NCBI GenBank assembly: GCA_963702845.1
Contig: OY969763.1
Location: 3,904,001 to 3,968,000, forward strand
Length of the DNA stretch: 64,000 nucleotides
DNA from: an uncultured Verrucomicrobiae bacterium
GTDB taxonomy: Bacteria > Verrucomicrobiota > Verrucomicrobiia > Limisphaerales > Palsa-1400
Reading direction: 5' to 3'
Position 1 is the stretch's first letter; the number at the start of each line of letters is the position of its first letter. The notes beneath the pieces were generated by a model, which saw only the letters and a program-made list of their open reading frames with translations, was not told the origin of the DNA and searched no databases. Made by a program: the position numbers and the translations under genes. Positions 32,149 through 41,965 of the stretch are shown here, piece by piece.

Positions 32149-32778
32149 ATGTTCTCGCTCCAACAAATCCTCGGCAAAGAAGACAAGTTTTTCGACCTCT
32201 TCGAAGAGAGTGCCGCTCACACGACGACGAGCGTGCACGCGTTGGTTTCGCTGATCAAAGACCCGAAACGACTGCAAAGCCTTGAGGAATTTTCCTCGGC
32301 CCGTCGCAGCGAGAAAAAGACCTCCAACGCGATCAGTGACGCGCTCATCAATACGTTTGTCACGGCGCTCGAACGCGAAGACATCGAAGCGCTGGCCCAG
32401 TCGCTCTATAAGATTCCAAAGACGATTGAGAAAGTAGGCGAACGCATTCTGCTCGCGCCGCAATATATCGAAGGCCAGGACTTCACACGCCAGGTCGCTA
32501 TGCTCCAGGACGCGAGCACAACGCTTTGCACGATGCTCAAAGAAATGCGCAAAGGGTCAAACCTGGAAGAGATGAGATCACTGAACGCGCGGCTGCATGA
32601 AATTGAAAGCAATCACGACGAATTCATGATGAGCGTGCTGCGCGAATTATATTCCGGCAAGCACGAGCCGATGAAAGCGATGTTCCTCATGGACCTGTTT
32701 GAAATAATTGAAAAGGCGGTGGACCGCTTCCGCGACGCGGGAAATGTCATTAACCACATCGTCCTGAAAAATTCCTGA
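32149..32778 (+). CDS. DUF47 / PhoU-like phosphate transport accessory protein
   Basis: KEDKFFDLFE, TFVTALEREDI, VINHIVLKNS; precedes PiT. Confidence 0.85.
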   Translation: MFSLQQILGKEDKFFDLFEESAAHTTTSVHALVSLIKDPKRLQSLEEFSSARRSEKKTSNAISDALINTFVTALEREDIEALAQSLYKIPKTIEKVGERILLAPQYIEGQDFTRQVAMLQDASTTLCTMLKEMRKGSNLEEMRSLNARLHEIESNHDEFMMSVLRELYSGKHEPMKAMFLMDLFEIIEKAVDRFRDAGNVINHIVLKNS

Positions 32779-32782
32779 TCGC

Positions 32783-33880
32783 ATGGCCCTGATCCTGACG
32801 GTCGTTTTCGTTGCCTTGTTGTTCGAATACATCAACGGCTTCCATGACACGGCCAATTCCATAGCCACGGTCGTCTCGACAAAGGTGCTATCGCCACGAC
32901 AAGCGATTGTCCTCTCAGCCATCACCAATCTTTTGGGCGCGTTGTGGGGAACAGCCGTCGCGAAGACAATTGCCTCAGGACTCATCGACACTCACGTTGT
33001 CCCGGTCACGAGTCAGGCATTCATCTGCGCGTTACTTGGTGCGATCGTTTGGAACCTCATCACATGGTGGGTGGGTCTGCCCTCGAGTTCCAGTCACGCA
33101 CTGATCGGAGGATTGTGCGGTGCGGGTCTGGCAGCAGCGAAAGGCAATTGGCACGTTATCATTTGGTCGCAGCCGAGCGCCGAGCATTGGTGGAAAGGCA
33201 AAGGACTATTGTGGAAAGTGGTAATGCCAATGATTGTTTCACCGATCCTCGGTGCTGTCATCGGCTTCGTCATCATGGCGTTGCTTTACATCATGCTCCG
33301 CAACGCCAGGCCTCTTGCGGTGAACAGAACATTCAACAAATTGCAGATGGTCAGTGCCGCCAGCATGGGCTTCATGCACGGCACGAATGATGCACAAAAA
33401 ACAATGGGCATCATCGCGCTAGCACTTGTCGCCGGCACCACTGGCGGCGCTATTTAATAGCTTCCCGACTGGCTCCACTTCCTGCACACACCTGCCGCAG
33501 CGCCGGGACAGGACTTGCCAATCGCGACGTGGATCAAGGTCGTGTGCGCGATCACGATGTGCGCGGGCACGGCGGCTGGTGGCTGGCGCGTCATCCGCAC
33601 GTTAGGTCATAAAATGGTGAAGCTTCAACCGATCAACGGTTTTGCCGCCGAAACTAGTTCCGCCATTGTTATTCTAACGGCGACCGAGTTCGGCATTCCA
33701 GTTTCAACCACCCACAACATTTCCGCTGCGATTATGGGAGTGGGCGCGGCCAAACGTTTCAATGCCATCAAGTGGCCTGTTGTAGAACGCATCGTGTGGG
33801 CGTGGATTTTCACGATCCCAGTCGCAGGCGGAATCGCTTACGTTCTCGTTGAACTTCTCCGCTGGCTCAATTGGATGTAG
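32783..33880 (+). CDS. pit: Inorganic phosphate transporter, PiT family (frameshift near 33455)
   Basis: NGFHDTANSIAT, LPSSSSHALIG, HGTNDAQKTMG, GIPVSTTH. Confidence 0.9.
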
Positions 33881-33883
33881 CTC

Positions 33884-34762
33884 TCACGTCCCGCCTCGTT
33901 TTTCCAATTTCTTCCGAATATCGAGTAATTCCTTCCGACGCGTGTTGGTTACTGTTGGATACTGCGGTTTGAGGCGTTCCATCGTTTCGAGAATCACTTG
34001 AGAAATGATTAGTCGCGCATCGGCTTTGTCATCGGCCGGCACAACGTACCAAGGCGATTTATCCGTCGAAGTTGCGCCCAAACACTCACCGTAAGCGTGC
34101 ATGTAATCCTTCCAATACGCGCGCTCCTTCAAATCATCTGGACTGAATTTCCAATTTTTCTCGTGATCGTCGATTCGTTTCAGGAAACGTTGGCGCTGCT
34201 CATCTTTTGAGACGTGAAGAAAAAATTTTATGATGTGGGTGCCGTTGCGATAGAGATGCCGCTCGAAATTTCGGATTGATTGATAACGATGCTTCCAAAT
34301 GTTTCCGTCGTTCTCCACGTCCGGCACGCGCTCGGCCGCAAGTATGTTCTTGTGCACGCGCACAACCAGCACCTCTTCGTAATACGAGCGATTAAAAATT
34401 CCGATATGACCGCGCTCCGGCAAAACACGTGTCGAACGCCACAGAAAATCGTGCGCCAATTCCTGCGCGCTCGGGTGCTTGAAGCTGAACACCTGGCACC
34501 CCTGCGGATTTACGCCTGACATGACATGCTGGATGGCGCTGTCCTTTCCCGCAGCGTCCATTGCCTGGAATATGATTAACAACGCAAAACGATTGTCCGC
34601 ATAGAAGACCCGTTGCAGTTTGCTCAGGCGCTCTATGTGTTCGCCGAGGAAATCCTGGTAACACTCTTTCGAATCGCACAGCGGTTTGATGTGTGTGGGC
34701 CAGTTTTTTAGGTTGATTTTGGAGCCTTCAGCAACCCGAAACCGTTTCGTTTGTATCTTCAC
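33884..34762 (-). CDS. ppk2: Polyphosphate kinase 2 family protein
   Basis: [34 protein letters not shown] call extends to 34798. Confidence 0.9.
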   Translation of the reverse strand: MKIQTKRFRVAEGSKINLKNWPTHIKPLCDSKECYQDFLGEHIERLSKLQRVFYADNRFALLIIFQAMDAAGKDSAIQHVMSGVNPQGCQVFSFKHPSAQELAHDFLWRSTRVLPERGHIGIFNRSYYEEVLVVRVHKNILAAERVPDVENDGNIWKHRYQSIRNFERHLYRNGTHIIKFFLHVSKDEQRQRFLKRIDDHEKNWKFSPDDLKERAYWKDYMHAYGECLGATSTDKSPWYVVPADDKADARLIISQVILETMERLKPQYPTVTNTRRKELLDIRKKLEKRGGT

Positions 34763-34877
34763 TTGCTCTACAATCGCATTCGCAGAGCCAACTTTCAAAA
34801 TCGAATAACGAACTCTGGTGATTATTCCACAGATTTCCGGTCACAATTTGCAATTTTAAGCCACTTGTTAAACGAGT

Positions 34878-36539
34878 ATGAAATTGGATGTCATGTCGAA
34901 TACAGCAACCTTGGATGATGCGGCGCTGGTGGCCGAGGTCCTGAATGGCAATCGTGACGCGTTCGGGTCACTGGTCGCGCGGTATCAATCGTCCGTATGC
35001 GGGTTGGCTTACAGCGCGTGCGGAAACGTTTCGCAGAGTGAAGACCTGGCGCAGGATACATTCATCATCGCGTTCCGGAAACTGGGCGACTTACAGGAAC
35101 CTGCGAAGTTCAAATCATGGCTTTATGGAATCGCGAGAAACCTTGTCCATAATAGCCATCGCAAAAAGACCCGTAATCCCATTGCCGTCTACGAACCGTT
35201 GGACGATGGCCTGACCACTACCGCGTCGGCTTCCACTCCGACCGAACATGCGATTACCAAAGAGGAGGAAGCAATTTTGTGGCGTTCGCTTGAGCAAATC
35301 CCGGAAACGTATCGCGAGCCGCTGGTTCTGTTTTATCGTGAACATCAGTCCATCAAACGCGTGGCCGAGATTCTGGAATTGTCCGAGGAAGCGGCACGGC
35401 AGCGATTGTCACGTGGTCGAAAATTGTTGCAGGAACGTGTCGTGGCCTTTGTTGAAGGGGCATTGGGACAAACCGCGCCGGGCCCGGCGTTCACGGTGGG
35501 CGTGTTGGCTGAGTTACCTGCGATGACGTTTTCTGCAAAAGCAGCAACGCTTGGGACCGCCGCCAAAGGTGGCACGATTGCAAAAACCGCGGGTCTGCTA
35601 GCTCCGTTCGGCGCGTTTTTGGCGCCAGTGTTCATGCTTTTTGGGATGTTGGTGGATTATCGCCAGAGGAAAAAAACCGGGCTTTCTACTGAGATGCTTA
35701 AAGCCTTAAAAATGTACTATATAACCGCTGCAATCAGCATCGTCGTTGTGGTGACGGTTGCTTGCGTTCTAGTAGGTCGCGGCGCGGCGATCATAAAAAC
35801 AAGCCCGGGATTGTTCGTCGTTTTAACTGCGGGTGGGGTTCTTGGCTATTTTTTAGCGATTGGAATTTTTGCCCGGAGGTTCATGGGCATTATGAAAGGA
35901 GCGGCTGCGCAACAATGGGTCGCTGTAACTCCGGCCAACGATGCGGGTTCCGTTTGGGAGTATCGCAGCCGCATTGAATTCCTGGGATTGCCGTTGATTC
36001 ACATCCGCCGGGGTGCGCAGATGTCTGATTCCTGCTGGAAACCAGTCAAAGCATGGATTGCGCTAACTGACGGTTTCGCGTTTGGTGGCTTGTTCGCTTA
36101 CGGCGGTGTGGCTATTGCGCCGGTGAGCATAGGCGCTTGCGCTATCGGTTTGTTGTCTTATGGAGCTATGGCGTTTGGCGCGCTCACATGGGCTGGATTC
36201 AGTTTTGGGATCTGGTCGTTCGGCGCTTTCGCATTTGGCTGGCAGGCATTTTCTGGCGGTTGCGCCGTCGCATGGAATTTGGCGTGGGGATACGAATATG
36301 CCATTGCGCACGATTACGCCCTCGGCGCCGGGACTGTCGCTGCCGCGCAGGCGAACACGCCTTTTGTCCAGGGGATGGTCGAATCATCCTGGGGTCACGA
36401 TTTTGCGATGGTGCTTGCGCCTTATTTCTACTGGCTGATGTGGGTCTGGGCGATTCCGATTATGGTTTCGATGGTTGCCAGTTGGATTCGCATCGGCAAA
36501 CGTCAGAAAATCTCCGCAGGAACGGTTGAAGGAAATTAA
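34878..36539 (+). CDS. ECF sigma factor with large C-terminal multi-TM extension
   Basis: Sigma r2 (EDLAQDTF..FKSWLYGIARN) and r4 (YREPLVLFY..ARQRLSRGR), then TM helices and WEYRSR..GLPLIHI plus a Gly/Ala-rich hydrophobic region. Confidence 0.85.
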   Translation: MKLDVMSNTATLDDAALVAEVLNGNRDAFGSLVARYQSSVCGLAYSACGNVSQSEDLAQDTFIIAFRKLGDLQEPAKFKSWLYGIARNLVHNSHRKKTRNPIAVYEPLDDGLTTTASASTPTEHAITKEEEAILWRSLEQIPETYREPLVLFYREHQSIKRVAEILELSEEAARQRLSRGRKLLQERVVAFVEGALGQTAPGPAFTVGVLAELPAMTFSAKAATLGTAAKGGTIAKTAGLLAPFGAFLAPVFMLFGMLVDYRQRKKTGLSTEMLKALKMYYITAAISIVVVVTVACVLVGRGAAIIKTSPGLFVVLTAGGVLGYFLAIGIFARRFMGIMKGAAAQQWVAVTPANDAGSVWEYRSRIEFLGLPLIHIRRGAQMSDSCWKPVKAWIALTDGFAFGGLFAYGGVAIAPVSIGACAIGLLSYGAMAFGALTWAGFSFGIWSFGAFAFGWQAFSGGCAVAWNLAWGYEYAIAHDYALGAGTVAAAQANTPFVQGMVESSWGHDFAMVLAPYFYWLMWVWAIPIMVSMVASWIRIGKRQKISAGTVEGN

Positions 36540-36543
36540 CGGA

Positions 36544-36617
36544 TGGAGCGGGTGAAGGGAATCGAACCCTCGTGTGAAGCTTGGAAGGCTTCCGTTCTAC
36601 CATTGAACTACACCCGC
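36544..36617 (-). tRNA. tRNA-Gly (anticodon TCC)
   Basis: Reverse complement gcgggtgtagttcaatggtagaacggaagccTTCCAAgcttcacacgagggttcgattcccttcacccgctcca; T-loop TTCGA and CCA end. Confidence 0.96.
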
Positions 36618-36668
36618 TTCCGATACGATTGAGAGTTTAGCGGTTAACCTCGAAACTTCAAGAGACAA

Positions 36669-37865
36669 CTACAGTTCGCGTAAGGCCGGCGCAATCTGCA
36701 TCCGCGCAGCGCGAATTGCTGGGAAAAGGCCGCCGAAAAATCCAATGATCGCAGCGAATACGGCTCCCTGCACCAGCAATTCCGGCGTGACCGCAAACGC
36801 AAACGCCACCTGGCTGAAGCTTTGGAAATTCATCGTCGCAGCTTGATAGCCGTCGAACATCAGGTAGGCGACAGTTCCGCCGATAACGCCACCGAGCAAC
36901 GCGAGAACGAGCGATTCGATCAAGACCGATATGATTACTGGCGCCGTGCCAAAACCCAGAGCGCGCAAGGTGGCGATTTCCCGCGTCCTCGCCGCAACCG
37001 CTGAATACATCGTATTCAACGCGCCGAAAACCGCACCTATCGCCATCAGCACCGCGACGACGGTGCCCAGACCCGTAATGATGCTGAACATCACGCGTGA
37101 CTGGTCGGCGTAATATTCGCTTTCGCGCTTTACCGACACTTTGATGCGCGGGTCCGAAGTCAGTTCGTCGCTAAAGGCCTGATATTCCTTCGGCGATTTC
37201 AATTTGCAATAGACCGTCTGAAACGTGCTGGCGCGATGATACGTTTGTTGAATCAATGGAGCATCGGCCCAGACTTCCGATTCGGAAATGCCGCCGTCGC
37301 TGGTGAAAATGCCCACCACTTTCCATTGCTGACCCGCCACTGGAATGCTGTGTCCAAGCTCGAGACCGGCAAATTCGTTTGCAGCCGAGCGACCGACAAT
37401 AATTTCGTTGCGGCCCGGTTCGAATTTGCGACCAGCAACAATTTTGAGATTCCTGCGGACTAGGTAGGCCTGTTGATGGACTCCGCGCAAAGGAATATTC
37501 GCGTCAGTTCCAGTCGAACGCTTCGGCAGATTGATGATGACATACAGTTCAACCGAAGCGATGGGGCCGTTTACATCACGCGCGAGATGCGGCGAGTCAC
37601 TCACTACCCTGCCCTCTTCCATCGTTAAGTTGCTCGTCATTTCATTATCGGACCCGGTTCGCATGACCAACGCACAGTCCGGTTGTCCGGCAACAGTCAT
37701 GGCTTGCCGGAATCCGTATGCGATCGACAAAACACCAACGAGCACAGCCACGACTCCAGCGATGCCGAACGTCGTCGCCAATGCAGATCCTTTCCGTTCA
37801 GGAACGCTCAGCAAGCTGAACTTCGTCACCACAACAATTTGACTGAGCCAATTGGTGAACGTCAT
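36669..37865 (-). CDS. MacB/FtsX-family ABC permease
   Basis: ALNTMYSAVAARTREIATLRALGF, PAIRAARMQI. Confidence 0.9.
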   Translation of the reverse strand: MTFTNWLSQIVVVTKFSLLSVPERKGSALATTFGIAGVVAVLVGVLSIAYGFRQAMTVAGQPDCALVMRTGSDNEMTSNLTMEEGRVVSDSPHLARDVNGPIASVELYVIINLPKRSTGTDANIPLRGVHQQAYLVRRNLKIVAGRKFEPGRNEIIVGRSAANEFAGLELGHSIPVAGQQWKVVGIFTSDGGISESEVWADAPLIQQTYHRASTFQTVYCKLKSPKEYQAFSDELTSDPRIKVSVKRESEYYADQSRVMFSIITGLGTVVAVLMAIGAVFGALNTMYSAVAARTREIATLRALGFGTAPVIISVLIESLVLALLGGVIGGTVAYLMFDGYQAATMNFQSFSQVAFAFAVTPELLVQGAVFAAIIGFFGGLFPAIRAARMQIAPALREL

Positions 37866-37868
37866 AGA

Positions 37869-39026
37869 TCACATTCTGCGCAGTGCATCTGCCAAATTAA
37901 GCCGCATCGCCTGGATTGCCGGGCCGATGCCCGCCAGCAATCCGAGCGCGAAAACAATGCCGACGCCGAGAGCGACGTCGATGTTCGGGAAATAGAACAA
38001 TGGCAATGCGCCATGCGTTGGGTCGCCGAATGAAATAAACAACTTCGAGAGGGCAAGCCCAACAAACCCAGCGCTGCCCGCCAGCAAACAAGATTCGACC
38101 AGCACCAGCACGAGCACTTGCACGTTGGTGAACCCGATTGCTTTCAACACGCCAAGTTCCTCGCGTCGTTCGCGCACCGCTTGCGCCATCGTGTTCCCCG
38201 CAACGAGCAGGATCGTGAAAAACACCGCGCTTAAGATCGCGATCATGATCTTCCCGATGTCACCAACCTGCTTGGCGAATCCTTGCATGAACGCTTTTTC
38301 TGCTTCGGCCTTTGTCTCGGCAGAAGAATTAGCAAACTCGCGATCAATATCGCCGGCAATGCGTTCGGTTTGCGAGGAGTCGGTGACGCGAAGCACGTAC
38401 CAGCCCACCTGGCCTTTCCTGAAAGCGCGCGTTTCGTCGAAATAATCATAACGAAAGATCAAAGCCGTCGTATCCGTCGCTCTCGTCGCGCCGTCGAAAA
38501 TTCCGACGATGTCAAAAACCCACGCGCTCATGTCATGATTCGGCTTTTCCCAAATCGTCGGGGTGATCGGGATGCGATCGCCAACTTTAAACCCGAATTT
38601 CTCCGCCGTTTTTCTTCCCAGAATCGCGCCAGTTCGCGTATCCATCCAGGCCTTCTTTTCTTTTTCGCTCAGTATAACTTCCGGATAAACGTCCAGATAG
38701 TCTTTGGGTTCTACCGGCATTTGCGCAAAGAAATTGCGCGCTTCCTTGTAATAGCCCCCAAACCAGGACGAGTGCGCAACGGTGCGAACGCCCTTGATCG
38801 CCTCCATGCGCCCTTTGTAACTGACGGGTAACGATTCAATCAGGGAAACTTTATTGCGCACAACCAGGCGGTCAGCGCCGGCGAATGAAACGCCCGCACT
38901 GAACGCTTCGCGAACCGCCACCAGATAGCCGTAAAGCACAAACGCAATCAGGATCGACAGAAAGGTCAGCGTGGTGCGCAGCTTTTTCCGGAAGAGATTG
39001 GCGATTATGAGACTAACGAACTTCAC
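37869..39026 (-). CDS. MacB/FtsX-family ABC permease
   Basis: NLFRKKLRT, NTMAQAVRERREELGVLKAIGF. Confidence 0.9.
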   Translation of the reverse strand: MKFVSLIIANLFRKKLRTTLTFLSILIAFVLYGYLVAVREAFSAGVSFAGADRLVVRNKVSLIESLPVSYKGRMEAIKGVRTVAHSSWFGGYYKEARNFFAQMPVEPKDYLDVYPEVILSEKEKKAWMDTRTGAILGRKTAEKFGFKVGDRIPITPTIWEKPNHDMSAWVFDIVGIFDGATRATDTTALIFRYDYFDETRAFRKGQVGWYVLRVTDSSQTERIAGDIDREFANSSAETKAEAEKAFMQGFAKQVGDIGKIMIAILSAVFFTILLVAGNTMAQAVRERREELGVLKAIGFTNVQVLVLVLVESCLLAGSAGFVGLALSKLFISFGDPTHGALPLFYFPNIDVALGVGIVFALGLLAGIGPAIQAMRLNLADALRRM

Positions 39027-39075
39027 AGTAACACTCTTTAATAGTCTCAATCACGCTCGCGCCCAAACGAATTCT

Positions 39076-39708
39076 TCAGCGGGTCGCGACCGGGGCCACC
39101 TTCTTGAAACTGACCTCTCTCAGATAGATTGGCTCGAGTTTTTCACCTGCGATGAAGTCAGTGCGATTCGAGGCAATCTGACCAAGCATGGCGGCTTGAG
39201 GATAGAGCAGTGCAGAGTTCTGTGCAGCAGAGTCCGGCCCCACGATGATTGTCCCACTTGCCGCTAACGCTTTCACTTCGGCAGCAGGCACGATGCGCAA
39301 TGGCTCAATCTCTCGTCGATGGTTCTCAGTCACTTCGTAAACGGCCAAATAAAACTCCTCGCGTTGCGCATCAACGACGACCGCCATCTTACCAAAAACT
39401 TTTTCGCGTTGCGCCTGCGCAGCGACGCATTCCACGCTACTGACGCCGAGTAATCTGATCTCGCGCGCAAGTTGCCAGCCTTGTGCCAGCGAAATTCCGC
39501 CACGAATTCCGGTGTACGAACCAGGTCCAGTACCAACGGCAATGCACTCAATTTCGTCACGTTCAACGCTACTGCTCGCAAGCGCGCGCTCGACCAGCGC
39601 GATCGCCGCGCGCCCCCCCATTTCAAACGCTTCCCCCAACACGCGGCCGTTCTCAACGACTGCGACGCTGCGCCGTTCGGAAGAGAATTCAACCGCCAAA
39701 ATCTTCAT
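39076..39708 (-). CDS. tsaB: tRNA t6A biosynthesis protein TsaB
   Basis: MKILAVE, GPGSYTGIR, DAQREE, EPIYLR. Confidence 0.93.
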   Translation of the reverse strand: MKILAVEFSSERRSVAVVENGRVLGEAFEMGGRAAIALVERALASSSVERDEIECIAVGTGPGSYTGIRGGISLAQGWQLAREIRLLGVSSVECVAAQAQREKVFGKMAVVVDAQREEFYLAVYEVTENHRREIEPLRIVPAAEVKALAASGTIIVGPDSAAQNSALLYPQAAMLGQIASNRTDFIAGEKLEPIYLREVSFKKVAPVATR

Positions 39709-40126
39709 ACGTTATTTCGCGATCCGTTTCGCTGAGTTGTTTGATTTGCACGCGCCGATATCTTGCGCCGGGAACTTCATTCGTATCCAGCCAGCGCTCG
39801 ATCCATTCAACGATCGCCACTCCTTTTGGTCCGGCAAGGTATGGCTCCAAACCTGCGCCGATGATTTGTTCACGGGTGTCGAGACGGTAAAGGTCGAGAT
39901 GGAACATTGGCAACCGCCCGCTGCGATATTCATTCACGAGTGCAAACGTTGGAGACAGGATGCGTTCGCTGACGCCAAGACCGCGCGCGATGCCTTTGGT
40001 CAGTTGGGTTTTGCCCGCGCCGAGATCGCCTGATAAACCAATCACCAGACCGGCACTTGCTTCCCTGCCCCACTGCGCTCCCAACGCTTCCGTTTCCGCA
40101 GCGCTATGAGAAATGTGCGTAGCCAT
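39689..40126 (-). CDS. tsaE: tRNA t6A biosynthesis ATPase TsaE
   Basis: GDLGAGKT, SPTF, HLDLYRL, VEW. Confidence 0.95.
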   Translation of the reverse strand: MATHISHSAAETEALGAQWGREASAGLVIGLSGDLGAGKTQLTKGIARGLGVSERILSPTFALVNEYRSGRLPMFHLDLYRLDTREQIIGAGLEPYLAGPKGVAIVEWIERWLDTNEVPGARYRRVQIKQLSETDREITYEDFGG

Positions 40127-41042
40127 GGATATTTAGCTCACGAACGCCGTGTTGATCGCGAATTTTCAGACCGGGTATGGCAGTGATTTTGCCGATACAC
40201 GTCAGCCGTGTGTCCGGAAAATGTTTCTTCCAACCGTCCAGCAGCGCAACCGCATTTTTACTTGGCGACGTGAACAGCAGTTCAAAATCTTCGCCGTCGC
40301 TCAACGCAGCGATCAACGGCGTTTTTCCGTTCGATTTAGTTTTCGTCTGCAGTTTGGCAGCGCGACTGATTGGGATCGAACCCGCACGAATTTCAGCGCC
40401 GACGTTGCTGGCAGTGAGGATGTGCCGCAAGTCTCCAGCGAGCCCGTCACTCAAATCGATCATCGAGTGGATGTCGAAATGGTCAGCAAGCCAATGCGCC
40501 TCACGAATGCGCGGGTGGAAGTGCAAATGTTTCTCGGCGATGGATCCTCCCAGTTCCCCAGTGACAAACAGCGCGTCGCCGCCCTTCGCGCCCGAACGTC
40601 TGATACACTTGTCGCTCGCGACATCTCCCAGCAACGAAATGGAGATGAGCACGCGTTCCGGATTGGTCGTCGTTTCGCCGCCGACGATCGCAACGCCATA
40701 CTCACGCGCCACCGCCGACATTCCTTCGTAGATTTTATGCACGTATTCCACGTCGAAATTTTTTGGCAACGCAATCGTCACCAGCGCCGCAATTGGCCTA
40801 CCTGCCATCGCTGCTATGTCGCTTAAGCAACGCGCCAACGCTTTATGCCCGACGCGCACAGGGTCGGCGTCAGTCTCAAAATGAATCCCCTGCACGACAG
40901 CATCCGTTTTGAACAGGAGATATCGACCGGGCTGGCCGGAATCGAGCACAGCACAATCATCGCCAGCGCTCTCGATGACAAACGAATTTGTCGGCAGCGA
41001 CTTGGTCAGTTTTGAAATCAGTTCGAATTCGTTCACGTTCAA
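40104..41042 (-). CDS. thiL: Thiamine-monophosphate kinase
   Basis: EFELI, GDDCA, SDIAAMAG, IDLSDGL, GEDFELLF. Confidence 0.93.
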   Translation of the reverse strand: MNVNEFELISKLTKSLPTNSFVIESAGDDCAVLDSGQPGRYLLFKTDAVVQGIHFETDADPVRVGHKALARCLSDIAAMAGRPIAALVTIALPKNFDVEYVHKIYEGMSAVAREYGVAIVGGETTTNPERVLISISLLGDVASDKCIRRSGAKGGDALFVTGELGGSIAEKHLHFHPRIREAHWLADHFDIHSMIDLSDGLAGDLRHILTASNVGAEIRAGSIPISRAAKLQTKTKSNGKTPLIAALSDGEDFELLFTSPSKNAVALLDGWKKHFPDTRLTCIGKITAIPGLKIRDQHGVRELNIHGYAHFS

Positions 41043-41791
41043 TGAATCGGTGGCAAAGGCAGCCCGCGGTTTGCCTGTTCCTGAAACAGCAGTAACAGAA
41101 AGTTAGCAAGATTAAACATGCTGTGCGCGGCAATGGGCGCCAGCAAATTGTCAGTCGATTCGTAGAGTAAAATTAAAACCATCGCAAAAAACGCGAGCGG
41201 AACGAACGTCACCCCGCTCATGTGAAACGCTGCGAAAACGATCGAGGTCCCCCAAAATGCAAGGCGCGGAAACCCCGCCTGCTTCAGCGTCGGGTACATC
41301 AAACCGCGAAAAAGTGATTCCTCCACAACCGGTGCGCCGACGATGGCGAGCACCGCCAGCAATGCACGCTGAAAGGGCGGCATTTCCGGCTTTTGCAACT
41401 CCTGCACCACTCGTTGCGCTTCGGGATGAAGGTGCAGATGACTCATTACCCAGTCCGACAATACCATCAGCTCCCCCGTAATGGGTATAACCAACATCCC
41501 AGTCAATAGCCCGATCCCGATCGCAAACCAACTCCCTCGGCGACCAAATCCAAACCCATCTTTCCACGTCATCCGATTCTCGCGCAGGAAAACTGCTATC
41601 CAAATCACCGCCGCTGCTTGCAAAAAGACCAATGAAATAATCAAGCCAAGCACGCTCCGCATTTGTTCGCTGATACCGAGTTTAAAGTGGTAGAGCAAAC
41701 CGACGATAATGTTGCCGAAACAGTACGTGGAGAAAACGCCGAGAAACAAACGAAACACGGCGTGGCCACTCCAGGGTCTGTGTGACAACAT
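41039..41791 (-). CDS. CPBP (CAAX/Abi) intramembrane metalloprotease
   Basis: APVVEESLFRG, FAAFH, AHSMFN; start chosen at MLSHRPW. Confidence 0.88.
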   Translation of the reverse strand: MLSHRPWSGHAVFRLFLGVFSTYCFGNIIVGLLYHFKLGISEQMRSVLGLIISLVFLQAAAVIWIAVFLRENRMTWKDGFGFGRRGSWFAIGIGLLTGMLVIPITGELMVLSDWVMSHLHLHPEAQRVVQELQKPEMPPFQRALLAVLAIVGAPVVEESLFRGLMYPTLKQAGFPRLAFWGTSIVFAAFHMSGVTFVPLAFFAMVLILLYESTDNLLAPIAAHSMFNLANFLLLLFQEQANRGLPLPPIH

Positions 41792-41965
41792 CGGGTTAAC
41801 GTAAACAGACCAGCCCGCCTCGGCAAGCGACACGTTTGCAATGCTGTCGGGAAATGCACGATTGCGGAAATTCTCACAATTTGTGCATCTTTGAGGCCAC
41901 TCGTGACGTCTACCAAAGGCATTGACATTGAATTTTTCACCATGCGACCATCGTCAACTTACAAA

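Noticed and set aside
36544..36617. tRNA-Gly as integration site of an island
   Set aside because: No integrase, and no duplicated tRNA 3' end seen in the window
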